The notes: generated by a model from the letters alone, not told the origin. Shown: positions 36,427-45,760, counted from the stretch's first letter. The stretch: DNA of 64,000 nt from an uncultured Oscillospiraceae bacterium (GCA_964368815.1 CAYJDA010000001.1:134811-198810), one strand, 5' to 3'. Made by a program: numbers and translations.

Positions 36427-36967
36427 AGCCGTATTCGTAATCGGGAGCATTATCCTTGTATCTTAAAATTATGCGTCCATCATTAGTAAAGTCAATTTCC
36501 GGAAATATCCAACCGTCGCCACTCATATCCTGATTATCGTATGCTCTGATGTCAAACATTTCTCCCTCTTCGCCCTTTGGAATGGTTATCTGGGCGGTAT
36601 TACCGTTTGTTATTGTGTCTTTAGAATATTCATCTGCCCAATTGTCGCTACCCGTTATACTGTATTGAAGTCCGTATATATCACTACCGGTCTGGTTATC
36701 AATTTCAATTTCATACATGTTTTCGGTCATCATTTCGGAGCTACTGCCCGTAGAGTTGATTGAATCTGAATTTATACTATCGGAATCCTCCTTCATGGAT
36801 GAAGAATTATTGCTATCAGAATTCGCTTCATCTGTGATAGCTTCTGAGGTAGTAGTTTCGGGTTTCACCTCGGTACTTGTTGTATTCGCTGTTTCATTTT
36901 CCATGCAACCCGCCAAGGTTAGTAAAGCAAAACCTGTTAAAGCGGCTACAGAAATAATTTTTTTCAT
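36425..36967 (-). CDS. Hypothetical lipoprotein with a Ser/Thr-rich linker and a small C-terminal globular domain
   Basis: Lipobox ALLTLAGCMEN. Linker NSDSNNSSSMKEDSDSINSDSINSTGSSSE. No recognisable catalytic motif. GGAG RBS upstream. Confidence 0.6.
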   Translation of the reverse strand: MKKIISVAALTGFALLTLAGCMENETANTTSTEVKPETTTSEAITDEANSDSNNSSSMKEDSDSINSDSINSTGSSSEMMTENMYEIEIDNQTGSDIYGLQYSITGSDNWADEYSKDTITNGNTAQITIPKGEEGEMFDIRAYDNQDMSGDGWIFPEIDFTNDGRIILRYKDNAPDYEYG

Positions 36968-37112
36968 TTAATCCACACTCCTATATGAATTCATCTGCTA
37001 TTTTATGATTTATGAACCCGTTTAGATGCAGGGTTTAGTTTATAATATAACTTTTGCAGTTTAACTTTTTTTGACGGTGTTCCATCAAATTTTGTTAAAA
37101 CATTTGGTTACT

Positions 37113-37150
37113 ATTCTACCATTATTCGAGCTGTAAAATAAACATCTCAT
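37113..37150 (-). promoter_or_regulatory. Possible extended -10 promoter (TGGTAGAAT) for the lipoprotein gene
   Basis: The minus strand reads TTTATT-N18(..TGG)-TAGAAT, with the -10 at plus coordinates 37113-37118. The -35 is weak. Confidence 0.3.
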
Positions 37151-37219
37151 TTCCTAATTCAATAATTTTACCACGCTCTTTTGAGGTGATAATTAATTTA
37201 TCTTTTCAGATAAAATGTT

Positions 37220-37227
37220 TGTATAAT
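37220..37227 (+). promoter_or_regulatory. Extended -10 element TGTATAAT immediately upstream of the palindrome cluster
   Basis: TGTATAAT at 37220-37227. The -35 region is poor (TTATCT). The predicted TSS at ~37233-37235 coincides with the left inverted repeat. Confidence 0.35.
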
Positions 37228-37230
37228 CAA

Positions 37231-37388
37231 TCAACTTGAAAAACGTTACAACGTTTTTCAACCCAATAGCATAGCTATTGTCTGCACACAAAGTGTGCAA
37301 TTGAAGATTTTGAAGTAGTTTATGTGCATTTCATGCACTATAATCATGCAACGCTTGATTTTGAAAAACATATTGTTTTTCAAGTTGA
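37231..37388 (+). ncRNA. Candidate structured sRNA (alternatively a MITE-like element): five perfect palindromes bounded by 14-bp perfect inverted repeats
   Basis: Outer repeats TCAACTTGAAAAAC (37231-37244) and GTTTTTCAAGTTGA (37375-37388). Internal palindromes at 37236-37261, 37264-37280, 37283-37299, 37324-37338 and 37361-37383. There is no RBS-preceded ORF. Flanked by an extended -10 box and a terminator hairpin. Confidence 0.35.
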
Positions 37389-37433
37389 ACTACTATATCC
37401 AGCTTATAAAATGTCGATTGTATCCAAAAGTTA

Positions 37434-37466
37434 AACCCCACACCTATTCGGGTACGGGGTTATTTT
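37434..37466. terminator. Hairpin terminator after lysC (minus strand), which could also terminate a plus-strand transcript from the palindrome unit
   Basis: AACCCC-AC-ACC / GGT-AC-GGGGTT stem with a 2x2 internal mismatch. ATTTTG follows on the plus strand, and TTAACTTTTGG follows on the minus strand. Confidence 0.55.
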
Positions 37467-37504
37467 GTGCAGCTATTTAATTTTTATTCAAGAATTATGT
37501 TTTT

Positions 37505-38713
37505 TTAGCTTATAAATGCGTCATGTACTGCCACAACGGCTTTGTCGGTATCGGATTTATTAATTAAAACCGATATTTTTATTTCGCTGGTAGATATCAT
37601 TCGTATATTGATTCCCGCTTCATAAAGTGCCTCAAACATACGTGATGCAACACCGCTATGACTCTGCATACCGGCACCTACAATAGACACCTTTGCAACA
37701 TCATCAGCTACTACCACCTGTTTAGCTCCATTTTTCTCTTTAAACTCTTCAACAATGGACATTGCCGTTTCTTTCTCGCTCGCCGGGACTGTAAAAGAAA
37801 TATCCTTAGTTAGATCGCGTCCTACACTTTGCAGGATAATATCTACATTTATCTTATGTTGTGCAAGATTTGAAAATAGTTTAAAGGAAGTTCCGGGTTC
37901 ATCCTTTACACCAATAACCGAGAAAACAGCAACATTTGTGTCCTTAGCGACACCCTTAATCAACATACCTTCCACTTCGTCAGTTACCTCCTTAACAATA
38001 GTTCCGGGATTATTTGTTATGCTGGATAAAACCTCCAGCTCTACTCCAAATTTCTTTGCAAGCTCTACCGAGCGATTATTAAGCACCTGAGCACCAAGAG
38101 ACGCTAATTCCAACATCTCATCAAAGGTTATCTCGTTAAGCTTTTGTGCCTTTTTTGCTATACGTGGATCAGATGTATACACACCCTCAACATCGGTGAA
38201 AATTTGGCATCTGTCTGCCTTTAGCGCAACAGCTACCGCAACCGCACTGGTATCACTTCCACCCCGCCCCAAGGTTGTTACATCGTCAAGACTATTTACA
38301 CCCTGAAATCCAGCAATAATAACGATTTGATTTTTTGCCAGTTCATTTTCAATGCGTTCCGGATCAAGGCGCTTAATCCTCGCCCTTGTATGAATGCGGT
38401 CGGTAACAAATCCTGCTTGCCATCCGGTTAAAGACATTGCCGAATAGCCCATCTCAATTAGTGCAGAGGCTAACAACGCAGCTGAAATTTGTTCTCCTGC
38501 AGCAAGCAAAGCATCTCTTTCTCGAAGTGCAGGCTTTTGTGTGATTTCATCAAACTTTTCAATAAGGTCATCTGTTGTATCGCCCTGTGCAGAAACGACA
38601 ACAGCAACGCTATTTCCTGCAGAATAGGTTGCAGCTACAATTTTGGCAACCCTGAAAATTTTCTCCCTATCGGCTACCGAACTTCCTCCAAATTTTTGTA
38701 CTATTAATGCCAT
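37505..38713 (-). CDS. lysC: Aspartate kinase (with tandem C-terminal ACT domains)
   Basis: MALIVQKFGGSSV, GRGGSDTSAVA, 402 aa. The ATG overlaps the thrB stop (TAATG). Confidence 0.95.
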   Translation of the reverse strand: MALIVQKFGGSSVADREKIFRVAKIVAATYSAGNSVAVVVSAQGDTTDDLIEKFDEITQKPALRERDALLAAGEQISAALLASALIEMGYSAMSLTGWQAGFVTDRIHTRARIKRLDPERIENELAKNQIVIIAGFQGVNSLDDVTTLGRGGSDTSAVAVAVALKADRCQIFTDVEGVYTSDPRIAKKAQKLNEITFDEMLELASLGAQVLNNRSVELAKKFGVELEVLSSITNNPGTIVKEVTDEVEGMLIKGVAKDTNVAVFSVIGVKDEPGTSFKLFSNLAQHKINVDIILQSVGRDLTKDISFTVPASEKETAMSIVEEFKEKNGAKQVVVADDVAKVSIVGAGMQSHSGVASRMFEALYEAGINIRMISTSEIKISVLINKSDTDKAVVAVHDAFIS

Positions 38714-39609
38714 TAATCAATTCTCCGTACTCTTGGCTTTTCGTTAGAAGGCGAAAGGCGCATAATATTGTAATCACTAATCTCAGGATTGTTTTTTATG
38801 CCGCATTCCGCATGCTCTAAAAATGTTTTTAAGTGGTCAGCTGTTACAACAGCCATAATAGTCGGTCCTGCACCACTTATATATACTGTCCTCGCTCCCC
38901 AGCTCGGACATAACTCAAATATTTTATCTCCGCCACGTATCAATGGTAACCGGTACTGCTGTTGCACTTTATCTCTTGTAGCTATTTCGAGAAGGTCGTA
39001 TCGTCCCTCACAGAAAGCAGCAGTTGCCAGCGCACTCCGACCAATGTTATATACCGCATCAGCAAATGGCAATGATTTTGGAAGCACTTCTCTTGCCTTC
39101 ACCGTCGGCAGAGTAAATGGTGGAACAAATGCGACAAAACACAAATGTTCACTGATAGGTTTTCGATGATAGTATAGAACTCCTTCGTCAAAAACTCCGG
39201 TAACAAAACCTCCCAGCAATGCCGGTGCAACGTTGTCGGGATGTCCCTCTATCGCTGTTGCATGGTTTAACAGTTCACTATCTGTAAAGGGATGCTTCAT
39301 CATTTCGTTAGCAATCAATAGTGCCGAAACTATACAGGCTGATGAAGAACCTAATCCTCGTGTGGATGGTATTGAAGGTTGCTCTATTATTCTGAGTCCT
39401 GTAAATTGATGTCCACACAGATCAAAAAGGCTTTTTACAGTAGAATAAATAAGATTATCTTCTGCCTTACTTGCCCCAGGCGCAGCTGTAATTTCTACTC
39501 CGTCAAACTCCTCCACCATAATTCTGTTGTATAGATTTAACGCCAATCCGAGGCTGTCAAATCCCGAACCAATATTGGCAGATGTTGCTGCTATTTCAAC
39601 CGAAAACAT
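38713..39609 (-). CDS. thrB: Homoserine kinase (GHMP family)
   Basis: SANIGSGFDSLG, GLGSSSACIVSAL, HPDNVAPALLGG. Confidence 0.9.
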   Translation of the reverse strand: MFSVEIAATSANIGSGFDSLGLALNLYNRIMVEEFDGVEITAAPGASKAEDNLIYSTVKSLFDLCGHQFTGLRIIEQPSIPSTRGLGSSSACIVSALLIANEMMKHPFTDSELLNHATAIEGHPDNVAPALLGGFVTGVFDEGVLYYHRKPISEHLCFVAFVPPFTLPTVKAREVLPKSLPFADAVYNIGRSALATAAFCEGRYDLLEIATRDKVQQQYRLPLIRGGDKIFELCPSWGARTVYISGAGPTIMAVVTADHLKTFLEHAECGIKNNPEISDYNIMRLSPSNEKPRVRRID

Positions 39610-40655
39610 TACACCACCACATCAGTTAACGCGGATAACGGTGCAACGGCATCGGATATTTTTTCATAGGTTTCCTCACCCCAGCAAAGAGTTTTGTGTA
39701 TCTCGCTTCCAATCATGCAACATTCAACAATGTCAGAAACCACGGCGCTGGCTGTAGCCATGCCGCCTGCCCCTTGCCCGTAAAACATTACATCGCCAAG
39801 CATATCGCATTTTGCTACAACGGCATTATATACACCGTTTACGGAAGATAAGATGTTTGTTTTAGAAACCAGTAACGGAGTTACTCCACAATAAAGTGTA
39901 TTCCCGTCTTCTCTTGCATATGCTACTAACTTAATTGACATATTTCGTTTTAAAGCATTAGCAATATCGGAATCAGTAATATCTCTTATTCCAACGGTAG
40001 GAATTTTATCCGGCGATAAATACTTACCAAAAGAAATTGAAGCTAAAATACTTATCTTACGCAGAGCATCAATGCCATCGATATCGGCTGATGGGTTTGC
40101 TTCAGCAAATCCGCGAGCCTGAGCTTCACAAAGTGCATCATTATAGGATAGACCAACCTCCTCCATTCTGCCTAAAATATAGTTAGTTGTTCCATTTACT
40201 ATTCCATAAATAGCATTTATACGATTTGCCACCAAGGAACGATGAAGCGGCGAAATAATCGGCGTTCCTCCGCCTACACTTGCCTCAAACAAAAAGCATA
40301 AGTTTTTATTCTTTGCTATACCTATTAGCTCGGTTCCGTGCTCAGAAACTAACTGTTTATTAGATGTTATCACTGATTTTCCGGAAAGTAATGCCGCTTT
40401 AACATATTTGTATGCCGGCTCTACCCCGCCCATAGTTTCAACCACTATGGTTATATCGTCATCTAAAAGTATCTCGTCAAGGTTTGAAGTGAAAATTGCA
40501 CTACGAGGGTGCATTGAAAAGTCCCTGATATCAAGTATTTTTTTTATCTCTATTTGGTGGCCTGTATTGCTTTCAACATGCTTTCCATTTTTCGATAAAA
40601 GGTCATAAACTCCACTTCCAACAATACCAAAGCCGAGTATTGCAACATTAATCAT
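39609..40655 (-). CDS. hom: Homoserine dehydrogenase (short form, no obvious C-terminal ACT domain)
   Basis: VAILGFGIVGSGV Rossmann, SNKQLV, GIVNGTTNYIL, FYGQGAG. 348 aa. Confidence 0.9.
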   Translation of the reverse strand: MINVAILGFGIVGSGVYDLLSKNGKHVESNTGHQIEIKKILDIRDFSMHPRSAIFTSNLDEILLDDDITIVVETMGGVEPAYKYVKAALLSGKSVITSNKQLVSEHGTELIGIAKNKNLCFLFEASVGGGTPIISPLHRSLVANRINAIYGIVNGTTNYILGRMEEVGLSYNDALCEAQARGFAEANPSADIDGIDALRKISILASISFGKYLSPDKIPTVGIRDITDSDIANALKRNMSIKLVAYAREDGNTLYCGVTPLLVSKTNILSSVNGVYNAVVAKCDMLGDVMFYGQGAGGMATASAVVSDIVECCMIGSEIHKTLCWGEETYEKISDAVAPLSALTDVVV

Positions 40656-40669
40656 GTGACACTCCGAAA

Positions 40670-41233
40670 TTATTTAACTACTTTTCCTGATGATGGTCCA
40701 CCTGCCGCATTAGACTCGTCGGTATCAATATGTACCGCATCAGCAAAGGAGCCTGAAACTCGCACAACGACATCACCAAATACAACTTTGCGTTCATTCT
40801 CTCCGCACTCGATACCAATAATTTGCTTGTCTGCAATACCGAACTTTTCGGCGGTTTCGGGGGTACAGTGAAGATGACGCTTTGCAACAATAACACCTTC
40901 AGTTAATGTTAGCTCGCCCGCCGGACCTCTTAATATACATCCCGGAGATCCTTCAACATTTCCCGACTCCCTGATAGGTGCCGCTACGCCGATACTTCTT
41001 GCATCGGTTAGTGAGATTTCCACCTGTGTTGCCGGACGTACAGGACCTAATATAGAAACTCCTGCAATTTCACGCTTTGGTCCCACCACAGTTAGTCGCT
41101 CATGACATACGTATTGACCGGGTTGTGATAATTCTTTTTTGTTGTTCAGCTCGTAACCAGCTCCAAAAAGAATCTCTAAATCCTGCTGTGACACATGTAT
41201 ATGACGTGCTGACGTCTCTACCATTACATTCAT
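40670..41233 (-). CDS. pduL: PduL-type phosphate acyltransferase (phosphotransacylase)
   Basis: Two PduL repeats: SARHIHVSQQDLEILFG...GPVR and AKRHLHCTPETAEKFG...VHIDTDESNAAG. 187 aa. Confidence 0.8.
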   Translation of the reverse strand: MNVMVETSARHIHVSQQDLEILFGAGYELNNKKELSQPGQYVCHERLTVVGPKREIAGVSILGPVRPATQVEISLTDARSIGVAAPIRESGNVEGSPGCILRGPAGELTLTEGVIVAKRHLHCTPETAEKFGIADKQIIGIECGENERKVVFGDVVVRVSGSFADAVHIDTDESNAAGGPSSGKVVK

Positions 41234-41254
41234 TTTTCTACTCCTTAATTATTA

Positions 41255-42805
41255 CTATTTTGCATACTCTGTGGCACGACTTTCGCGAATAACATTAACC
41301 TTTATCTGTCCAGGGTATGTTAACTCATCCTCAACCTTTTTCGCAATATCCCGTGCCATAATTACTATCTGATCGTCGGTAATATTTTCAGGTTTAACCA
41401 TAATTCTAACCTCACGCCCTGCCTGAAGAGCAAAACATGTTTCAACACCTTCAAATCCTTTACCTATTTCTTCAAGGCTCTCTAAGCGCTTAATATAACT
41501 CTCAAGATTTTCACGCCTTGCACCCGGTCTTGCAGCGCTGATAGCATCCGCTGCCATAACAATAAATGCAAGAGGTGTTGTTGCCGGCACATCGCTGTGA
41601 TGTGCCTCAATAGCATGAATAATATTTTGATTTTCCTTATATTTTTTCGCAAGATCTACACCGATAGATACATGAGTACCCTCTACTTCATGATCCATTG
41701 CCTTACCAATATCATGCAAAAGACCCGCTCTCCTTGCCTGTGGAACATTAATTCCGAGTTCAGCTGCAAGCAATCCGCTTAAAAAACTTACTTCAAGCGA
41801 ATGTTTTAATACATTTTGGCCATAACTTGTGCGGTATTTTAAACGACCAATCAGCTTCACTAAGTCGGGATGAAGTCCATTTACGCAGGCATCCATAACA
41901 GCCTTCTCACCCTCTCTTTTAATGACCTGATTAATCTCTTTGCGACATTTTTCGGCCATCTCTTCAATTCTTGCAGGGTGAATTCTGCCGTCAAGTATAA
42001 GTTTTTCTATAGTTTGACGTGCGACTTCTCGGCGAACCGGATCGAAACTTGAAATGGTAATTGCTTCCGGTGTGTCATCGATTATTAGCTCAACTCCGGT
42101 AGCCGTTTCTAAAGCTCGAATATTTCTTCCCTCACGACCTATAATTCTACCCTTTAAATCGTCGTTTGCTATGGGTATTACTGATACGGTAGCTTCACTT
42201 GCATGATCAGCAGCACAGCGGGAAATTGCTGCAGAAATGTGTTCTCTTGCAAGTCGATCGCAATCCTCTTTGCACTGAACATCGTACGCTGAAATTTTCA
42301 CTGCCTTTTCGTGTGCTAAGTTTTCATCTATCTGCTGTAACAACATAGTTTTTGCTGCCTCGGTAGACATTCCGGCAACCTGTTCCAGCTTGGAGAGCTG
42401 ATGCTCTTTTATTTGTTCTACTTCACTAAGACGTGCTTCCAACAGTTCGGAACGTTGCTTTAAATCTTCTTCCTTTTTTTCCTGCGCTGCTATTCTTTTA
42501 TCGAGTGAACTTTCTTTTTGGTCTAATCTGCGTTCGCCTCTTTGAACTTCGGCGCGCCGCTCTTTCGCTTCCTTTTCTGCTTCGCTTCTTAGCTTAAATG
42601 CTTCATCTTTTGCCTCAATACTTGCTTCTTTGCGGCGTTGTTCTGCTTGTTTCATTGCGTCGTTTAATAGCTTGGTTGCCTGTTCTTTTGCGCTTCCGAT
42701 GATGTTATCATCGCCTTTTTTTCGATAGAATGTACCCAGTATGAATGCCACAACTGCGACAATCAAAACCAATACAGCTATCGCCACATATCCTAACGGT
42801 GGCAT
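41255..42805 (-). CDS. rny: Ribonuclease Y
   Basis: N-terminal TM, a long coiled coil, KH domain ([15 protein letters not shown]), HD domain (LLHDIGKA). 516 aa. Confidence 0.95.
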   Translation of the reverse strand: MPPLGYVAIAVLVLIVAVVAFILGTFYRKKGDDNIIGSAKEQATKLLNDAMKQAEQRRKEASIEAKDEAFKLRSEAEKEAKERRAEVQRGERRLDQKESSLDKRIAAQEKKEEDLKQRSELLEARLSEVEQIKEHQLSKLEQVAGMSTEAAKTMLLQQIDENLAHEKAVKISAYDVQCKEDCDRLAREHISAAISRCAADHASEATVSVIPIANDDLKGRIIGREGRNIRALETATGVELIIDDTPEAITISSFDPVRREVARQTIEKLILDGRIHPARIEEMAEKCRKEINQVIKREGEKAVMDACVNGLHPDLVKLIGRLKYRTSYGQNVLKHSLEVSFLSGLLAAELGINVPQARRAGLLHDIGKAMDHEVEGTHVSIGVDLAKKYKENQNIIHAIEAHHSDVPATTPLAFIVMAADAISAARPGARRENLESYIKRLESLEEIGKGFEGVETCFALQAGREVRIMVKPENITDDQIVIMARDIAKKVEDELTYPGQIKVNVIRESRATEYAK

Positions 42806-43013
42806 ATCTGTAACTCCTTAAATTGTTTGTGTTTATGCGTATATAATTAACGGAAATATACCTAAATAATCTATACTATATAATGATAACAAAATTCGAG
42901 GTATTTTGTCAACACTTTTTTAGCCACATATTATATACTAATATCAAGGATGATAATTTCGATATTTTCATTTAATCACTATGCATATATATTATACCAC
43001 ATTTATTACAAAC

Positions 43014-43042
43014 TTGCAATTGTTGTATTAATATGTTAGAAT
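43014..43042 (+). promoter_or_regulatory. sigmaA-like promoter (TTGCAA-17-TAGAAT) for thrS
   Basis: TTGCAA at 43014-43019, a 17-nt spacer, TAGAAT at 43037-43042, only ~30 nt before the ATG at 43075. Confidence 0.5.
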
Positions 43043-43074
43043 AAAAAAAATATCTTATGTAATTCTGAAAGGTA

Positions 43075-44862
43075 ATGGCTATGGTTTTATTAGAAAATGG
43101 CGATAAGGTTGATTTTTCACAGTGTAAAGAGGCCTTTTGGCATACCGGTTCACATATATTAGCCCAGGCGGTTAAAAGGCTTTATCCGTCTGCTCAGCTT
43201 GCAATCGGTCCTGCTATCTCCAACGGATTTTATTACGATATCGATTGCGATGTTAGATTTACCGAAGAAGTATTGCCGGTAATAGAAGCCGAAATGATAA
43301 AAATTACTAAAGAAAATTTAAAGATTGAGCGTTTTGAGAAATCAAAACCGGAAGCATTAGAGCTATTAAAGGAACAGCCCTATAAGCTTGAAATGGTAAC
43401 TGAACTCGCTGATGATGCAGTTGTATCATTTTATAAGCAGGGTGAATTTTGCGATATGTGTGCCGGTCCGCACATTGCTTATACAGGCTCGGTAGGCGCA
43501 ATTAAGCTAACAAGTTCTACCGGTGCTTATTGGCGTGGTAACAGCAACAATAAGATGTTACAGCGTATTTACGGCATCTCGTTTGAAAAACCTAAGGAGC
43601 TAAGAGAATATCTCGCCGCCGTTGAGGAAGCAAAGAAGCGCGACCATAATAAAATTGGCCGAGAACTTGAATACTTCACTACCGCAGAAGCCGTTGGGCA
43701 GGGTTTGCCCATCCTTCTGCCCAAGGGCGCAAGAGTAATCCAGTTGCTACAGCGTTTTGTTGAGGACGAGGAATATAAAAGAGGCTATTTGTTAACCAAA
43801 ACTCCTTTAATGGGAAAGAGTGACATCTATAAATTAAGTGGCCACTGGAGTCACTATCGTGATGGCATGTTTGTTATCGGTGATGCAGATAATGATGAAG
43901 CTAACTGTCTTGCATTGCGACCAATGACCTGCCCTTTCCAATATCAGGTGTTTTTAAATCGCAAACGTAGCTATCGCGACCTCCCCATGAGACTTGGTGA
44001 AACCAGTACACTTTTTAGAAACGAAGACAGCGGGGAAATGCATGGTCTTATTCGTGTTCGCCAGTTCACCATAAGCGAGGGACATTTAATTGTTCGTCCC
44101 GACCAACTTGCCGAAGAGTTTGCCGGCTGTCTTGAACTTGCAAGATATATGCTCGACATTCTTGGCTTAGAGGAAGACTGTAGCTATAGATTTAGCCGCT
44201 GGGATCCCAGTCGCACCGACAAATATGAAGGCACTGCTGAACAGTGGGATGAAGCAGAATCTGTAATGGAAAGAATGCTTAATGAGCTTAATGTAAATTA
44301 TGTTGTGGGCATAGATGAGGCTGCATTTTACGGGCCAAAATTAGACATACAGATGAAAAATGTTCACGGTAAAGAAGACACGCTTATCACTCTACAGGTA
44401 GATATGCTTCTTGCCGAAAAATTCGGTATGGAATATATAGGTGATGACGGCGCATCCCATTTCCCCTATATTATTCATCGAACCTCTATAGGTTGTTACG
44501 AGAGAACACTTGCGTTGATGTTAGAAAAATATGCGGGTGCGCTGCCTGTATGGTTGATGCCGGAGCAGGTTAGAATCGTTCCGATAAGCGAGGCCCATCA
44601 TAGGTATGCGGCCAAACTTGAAAAAATACTGTTCGATAAGGGAATTCGAGTAAGCAGTGACTGCCGTAACGAAAAAATGGGATATAAAATCAGGGAAGCT
44701 CAGCTGGAAAAAATCCCATATATGTTAGTTGTTGGGGACAAAGAGATGGCTGAGGAAACCGTTGCAGTACGCTCTCCCAGAAATGAAGCTAACGCAGGCG
44801 TTAAACCCATAGACGAATTTGTATCCATGATTAAATCCGAGATAAACAACCGAGTACGTTAA
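43075..44862 (+). CDS. thrS: Threonine--tRNA ligase lacking the N-terminal TGS domain
   Basis: The editing-domain motif HTGSHILAQAV sits at residue ~23, versus ~75-80 in full-length ThrRS. Class II core FRNEDSGEMHGLIRVRQF, GPKLD, and anticodon-binding C-terminus VPISE...YMLVVGDKE. An in-frame TGA at 43066-43068 blocks any upstream extension. Confidence 0.9.
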   Translation: MAMVLLENGDKVDFSQCKEAFWHTGSHILAQAVKRLYPSAQLAIGPAISNGFYYDIDCDVRFTEEVLPVIEAEMIKITKENLKIERFEKSKPEALELLKEQPYKLEMVTELADDAVVSFYKQGEFCDMCAGPHIAYTGSVGAIKLTSSTGAYWRGNSNNKMLQRIYGISFEKPKELREYLAAVEEAKKRDHNKIGRELEYFTTAEAVGQGLPILLPKGARVIQLLQRFVEDEEYKRGYLLTKTPLMGKSDIYKLSGHWSHYRDGMFVIGDADNDEANCLALRPMTCPFQYQVFLNRKRSYRDLPMRLGETSTLFRNEDSGEMHGLIRVRQFTISEGHLIVRPDQLAEEFAGCLELARYMLDILGLEEDCSYRFSRWDPSRTDKYEGTAEQWDEAESVMERMLNELNVNYVVGIDEAAFYGPKLDIQMKNVHGKEDTLITLQVDMLLAEKFGMEYIGDDGASHFPYIIHRTSIGCYERTLALMLEKYAGALPVWLMPEQVRIVPISEAHHRYAAKLEKILFDKGIRVSSDCRNEKMGYKIREAQLEKIPYMLVVGDKEMAEETVAVRSPRNEANAGVKPIDEFVSMIKSEINNRVR

Positions 44863-44864
44863 AT

Positions 44865-45671
44865 ATGAAGCCTTTTTTTGAAATAGCTGCCGATAAACTT
44901 TCCGGCATACGTTATATAATGTGCGACATTGACGACACTATAACCACCGAAGGCAAACTCACTGCCGAGGCTTATTTAGCATTATGGAAATTATCCGAAG
45001 CTGGATATCGAGTAATACCGGTAACAGGACGGCCGGCCGGGTGGTGCGATTTAATAGCCCGTCTTTGGCCGGTAGATGCAGTTGTCGGCGAAAACGGTGC
45101 ATTTGTTTTCTATAACGACAACGGACACAAAAAAACCTTTACCCATCCAAGTGTGGCTGTCGGTGATATTCAATCTAAATTAATGGTTTTAAAGCAAGCA
45201 TGTCTTGAAGGAGTTCCGGGTTGTAGAGTAGCTAAAGATCAACCTTCAAGAATATACGACATAGCTATTGATTTCAACGAGGAAACTCCTCATCTTGGTT
45301 TTGAAGCAGCTGAAAAAATTCGAGATATATGTATTTCAAAAGGTGCTACTGCAAAGGTTAGCTCTATCCATGTTAATGCTTGGTTTGGAGATTATGATAA
45401 GCTATCCATGTCGCTGTTGTTTTTAAAGAAATTTTATGGTGAAGAAGATCCCAAAAACAGCGTTTTATTTTTTGGAGATTCTCCAAACGATGAGCCTATG
45501 TTCTCATATTTCAATAACAGCTGTGCAGTAGCCAATCTTAAACCTTTTATAAATCAGATGTCGTATCTCCCCAATTACATTACAAAAAATGAAGGTGGGT
45601 CCGGTTTTTCTGAGGCGGTTAATTTTTTATTGCAGAAAAAAAGAGTATTGCCTAAGCTGGCCACCTCATAA
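44865..45671 (+). CDS. HAD-IIB family hydrolase (sugar-phosphatase-like)
   Basis: DxD nucleophile motif CDIDDTIT, TGRP, GDSPNDEPMF. Starts 3 nt after the thrS stop. Confidence 0.75.
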   Translation: MKPFFEIAADKLSGIRYIMCDIDDTITTEGKLTAEAYLALWKLSEAGYRVIPVTGRPAGWCDLIARLWPVDAVVGENGAFVFYNDNGHKKTFTHPSVAVGDIQSKLMVLKQACLEGVPGCRVAKDQPSRIYDIAIDFNEETPHLGFEAAEKIRDICISKGATAKVSSIHVNAWFGDYDKLSMSLLFLKKFYGEEDPKNSVLFFGDSPNDEPMFSYFNNSCAVANLKPFINQMSYLPNYITKNEGGSGFSEAVNFLLQKKRVLPKLATS

Positions 45672-45723
45672 TCTTGCACCTTTAGTGCAAAAAACGATGT
45701 ATTTCTCAGACTGGTAACTTCAC

Positions 45724-45752
45724 AAAAATCTCCGCCTTTGGCGGAGATTTTT
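45724..45752. terminator. Strong bidirectional intrinsic terminator (HAD hydrolase / fmt convergent pair)
   Basis: AAAAATCTCCGCC-TTT-GGCGGAGATTTTT, a 13-bp perfect stem with a 3-nt loop. Confidence 0.85.
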
Positions 45753-45760
45753 GAAATATT

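Noticed and set aside
36968-36977. Near-match to a DnaA box (TTAATCCACA versus TTATCCACA).
   Set aside because: It is a single imperfect copy that overlaps the RBS complement (GGAGTGTGG) of the lipoprotein gene, with no cluster of boxes and no dnaA/dnaN context.
37231-37388. Retron msr/msd-like or CRISPR-like interpretation of the inverted-repeat-bounded structured region.
   Set aside because: The window contains no reverse transcriptase or cas gene. The palindromes are all different, with no repeat-spacer periodicity, and the region is too short for an array.
37322-37480. 52-codon ORF (MCISCTIIMQRLILKN...) inside the palindrome cluster, considered as a possible small protein or type I toxin.
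   Set aside because: It has no Shine-Dalgarno sequence, it reads straight through the terminator hairpin, and the peptide has no clear transmembrane segment. The palindromic nucleotide structure explains the region better.
38714-42805. Looked for an L-box (lysine) riboswitch or a Thr/Ile attenuator controlling lysC/hom/thrB.
   Set aside because: The genes are packed with 1-nt overlaps or gaps of 14-21 nt behind pduL and rny, so there is no leader space and no such element can be present.
45674-45690. Small hairpin TTGCAC-CTTTA-GTGCAA right after the HAD hydrolase gene.
   Set aside because: Its 6-bp stem has no T-run on either strand. The strong terminator at 45724-45752 accounts for termination.
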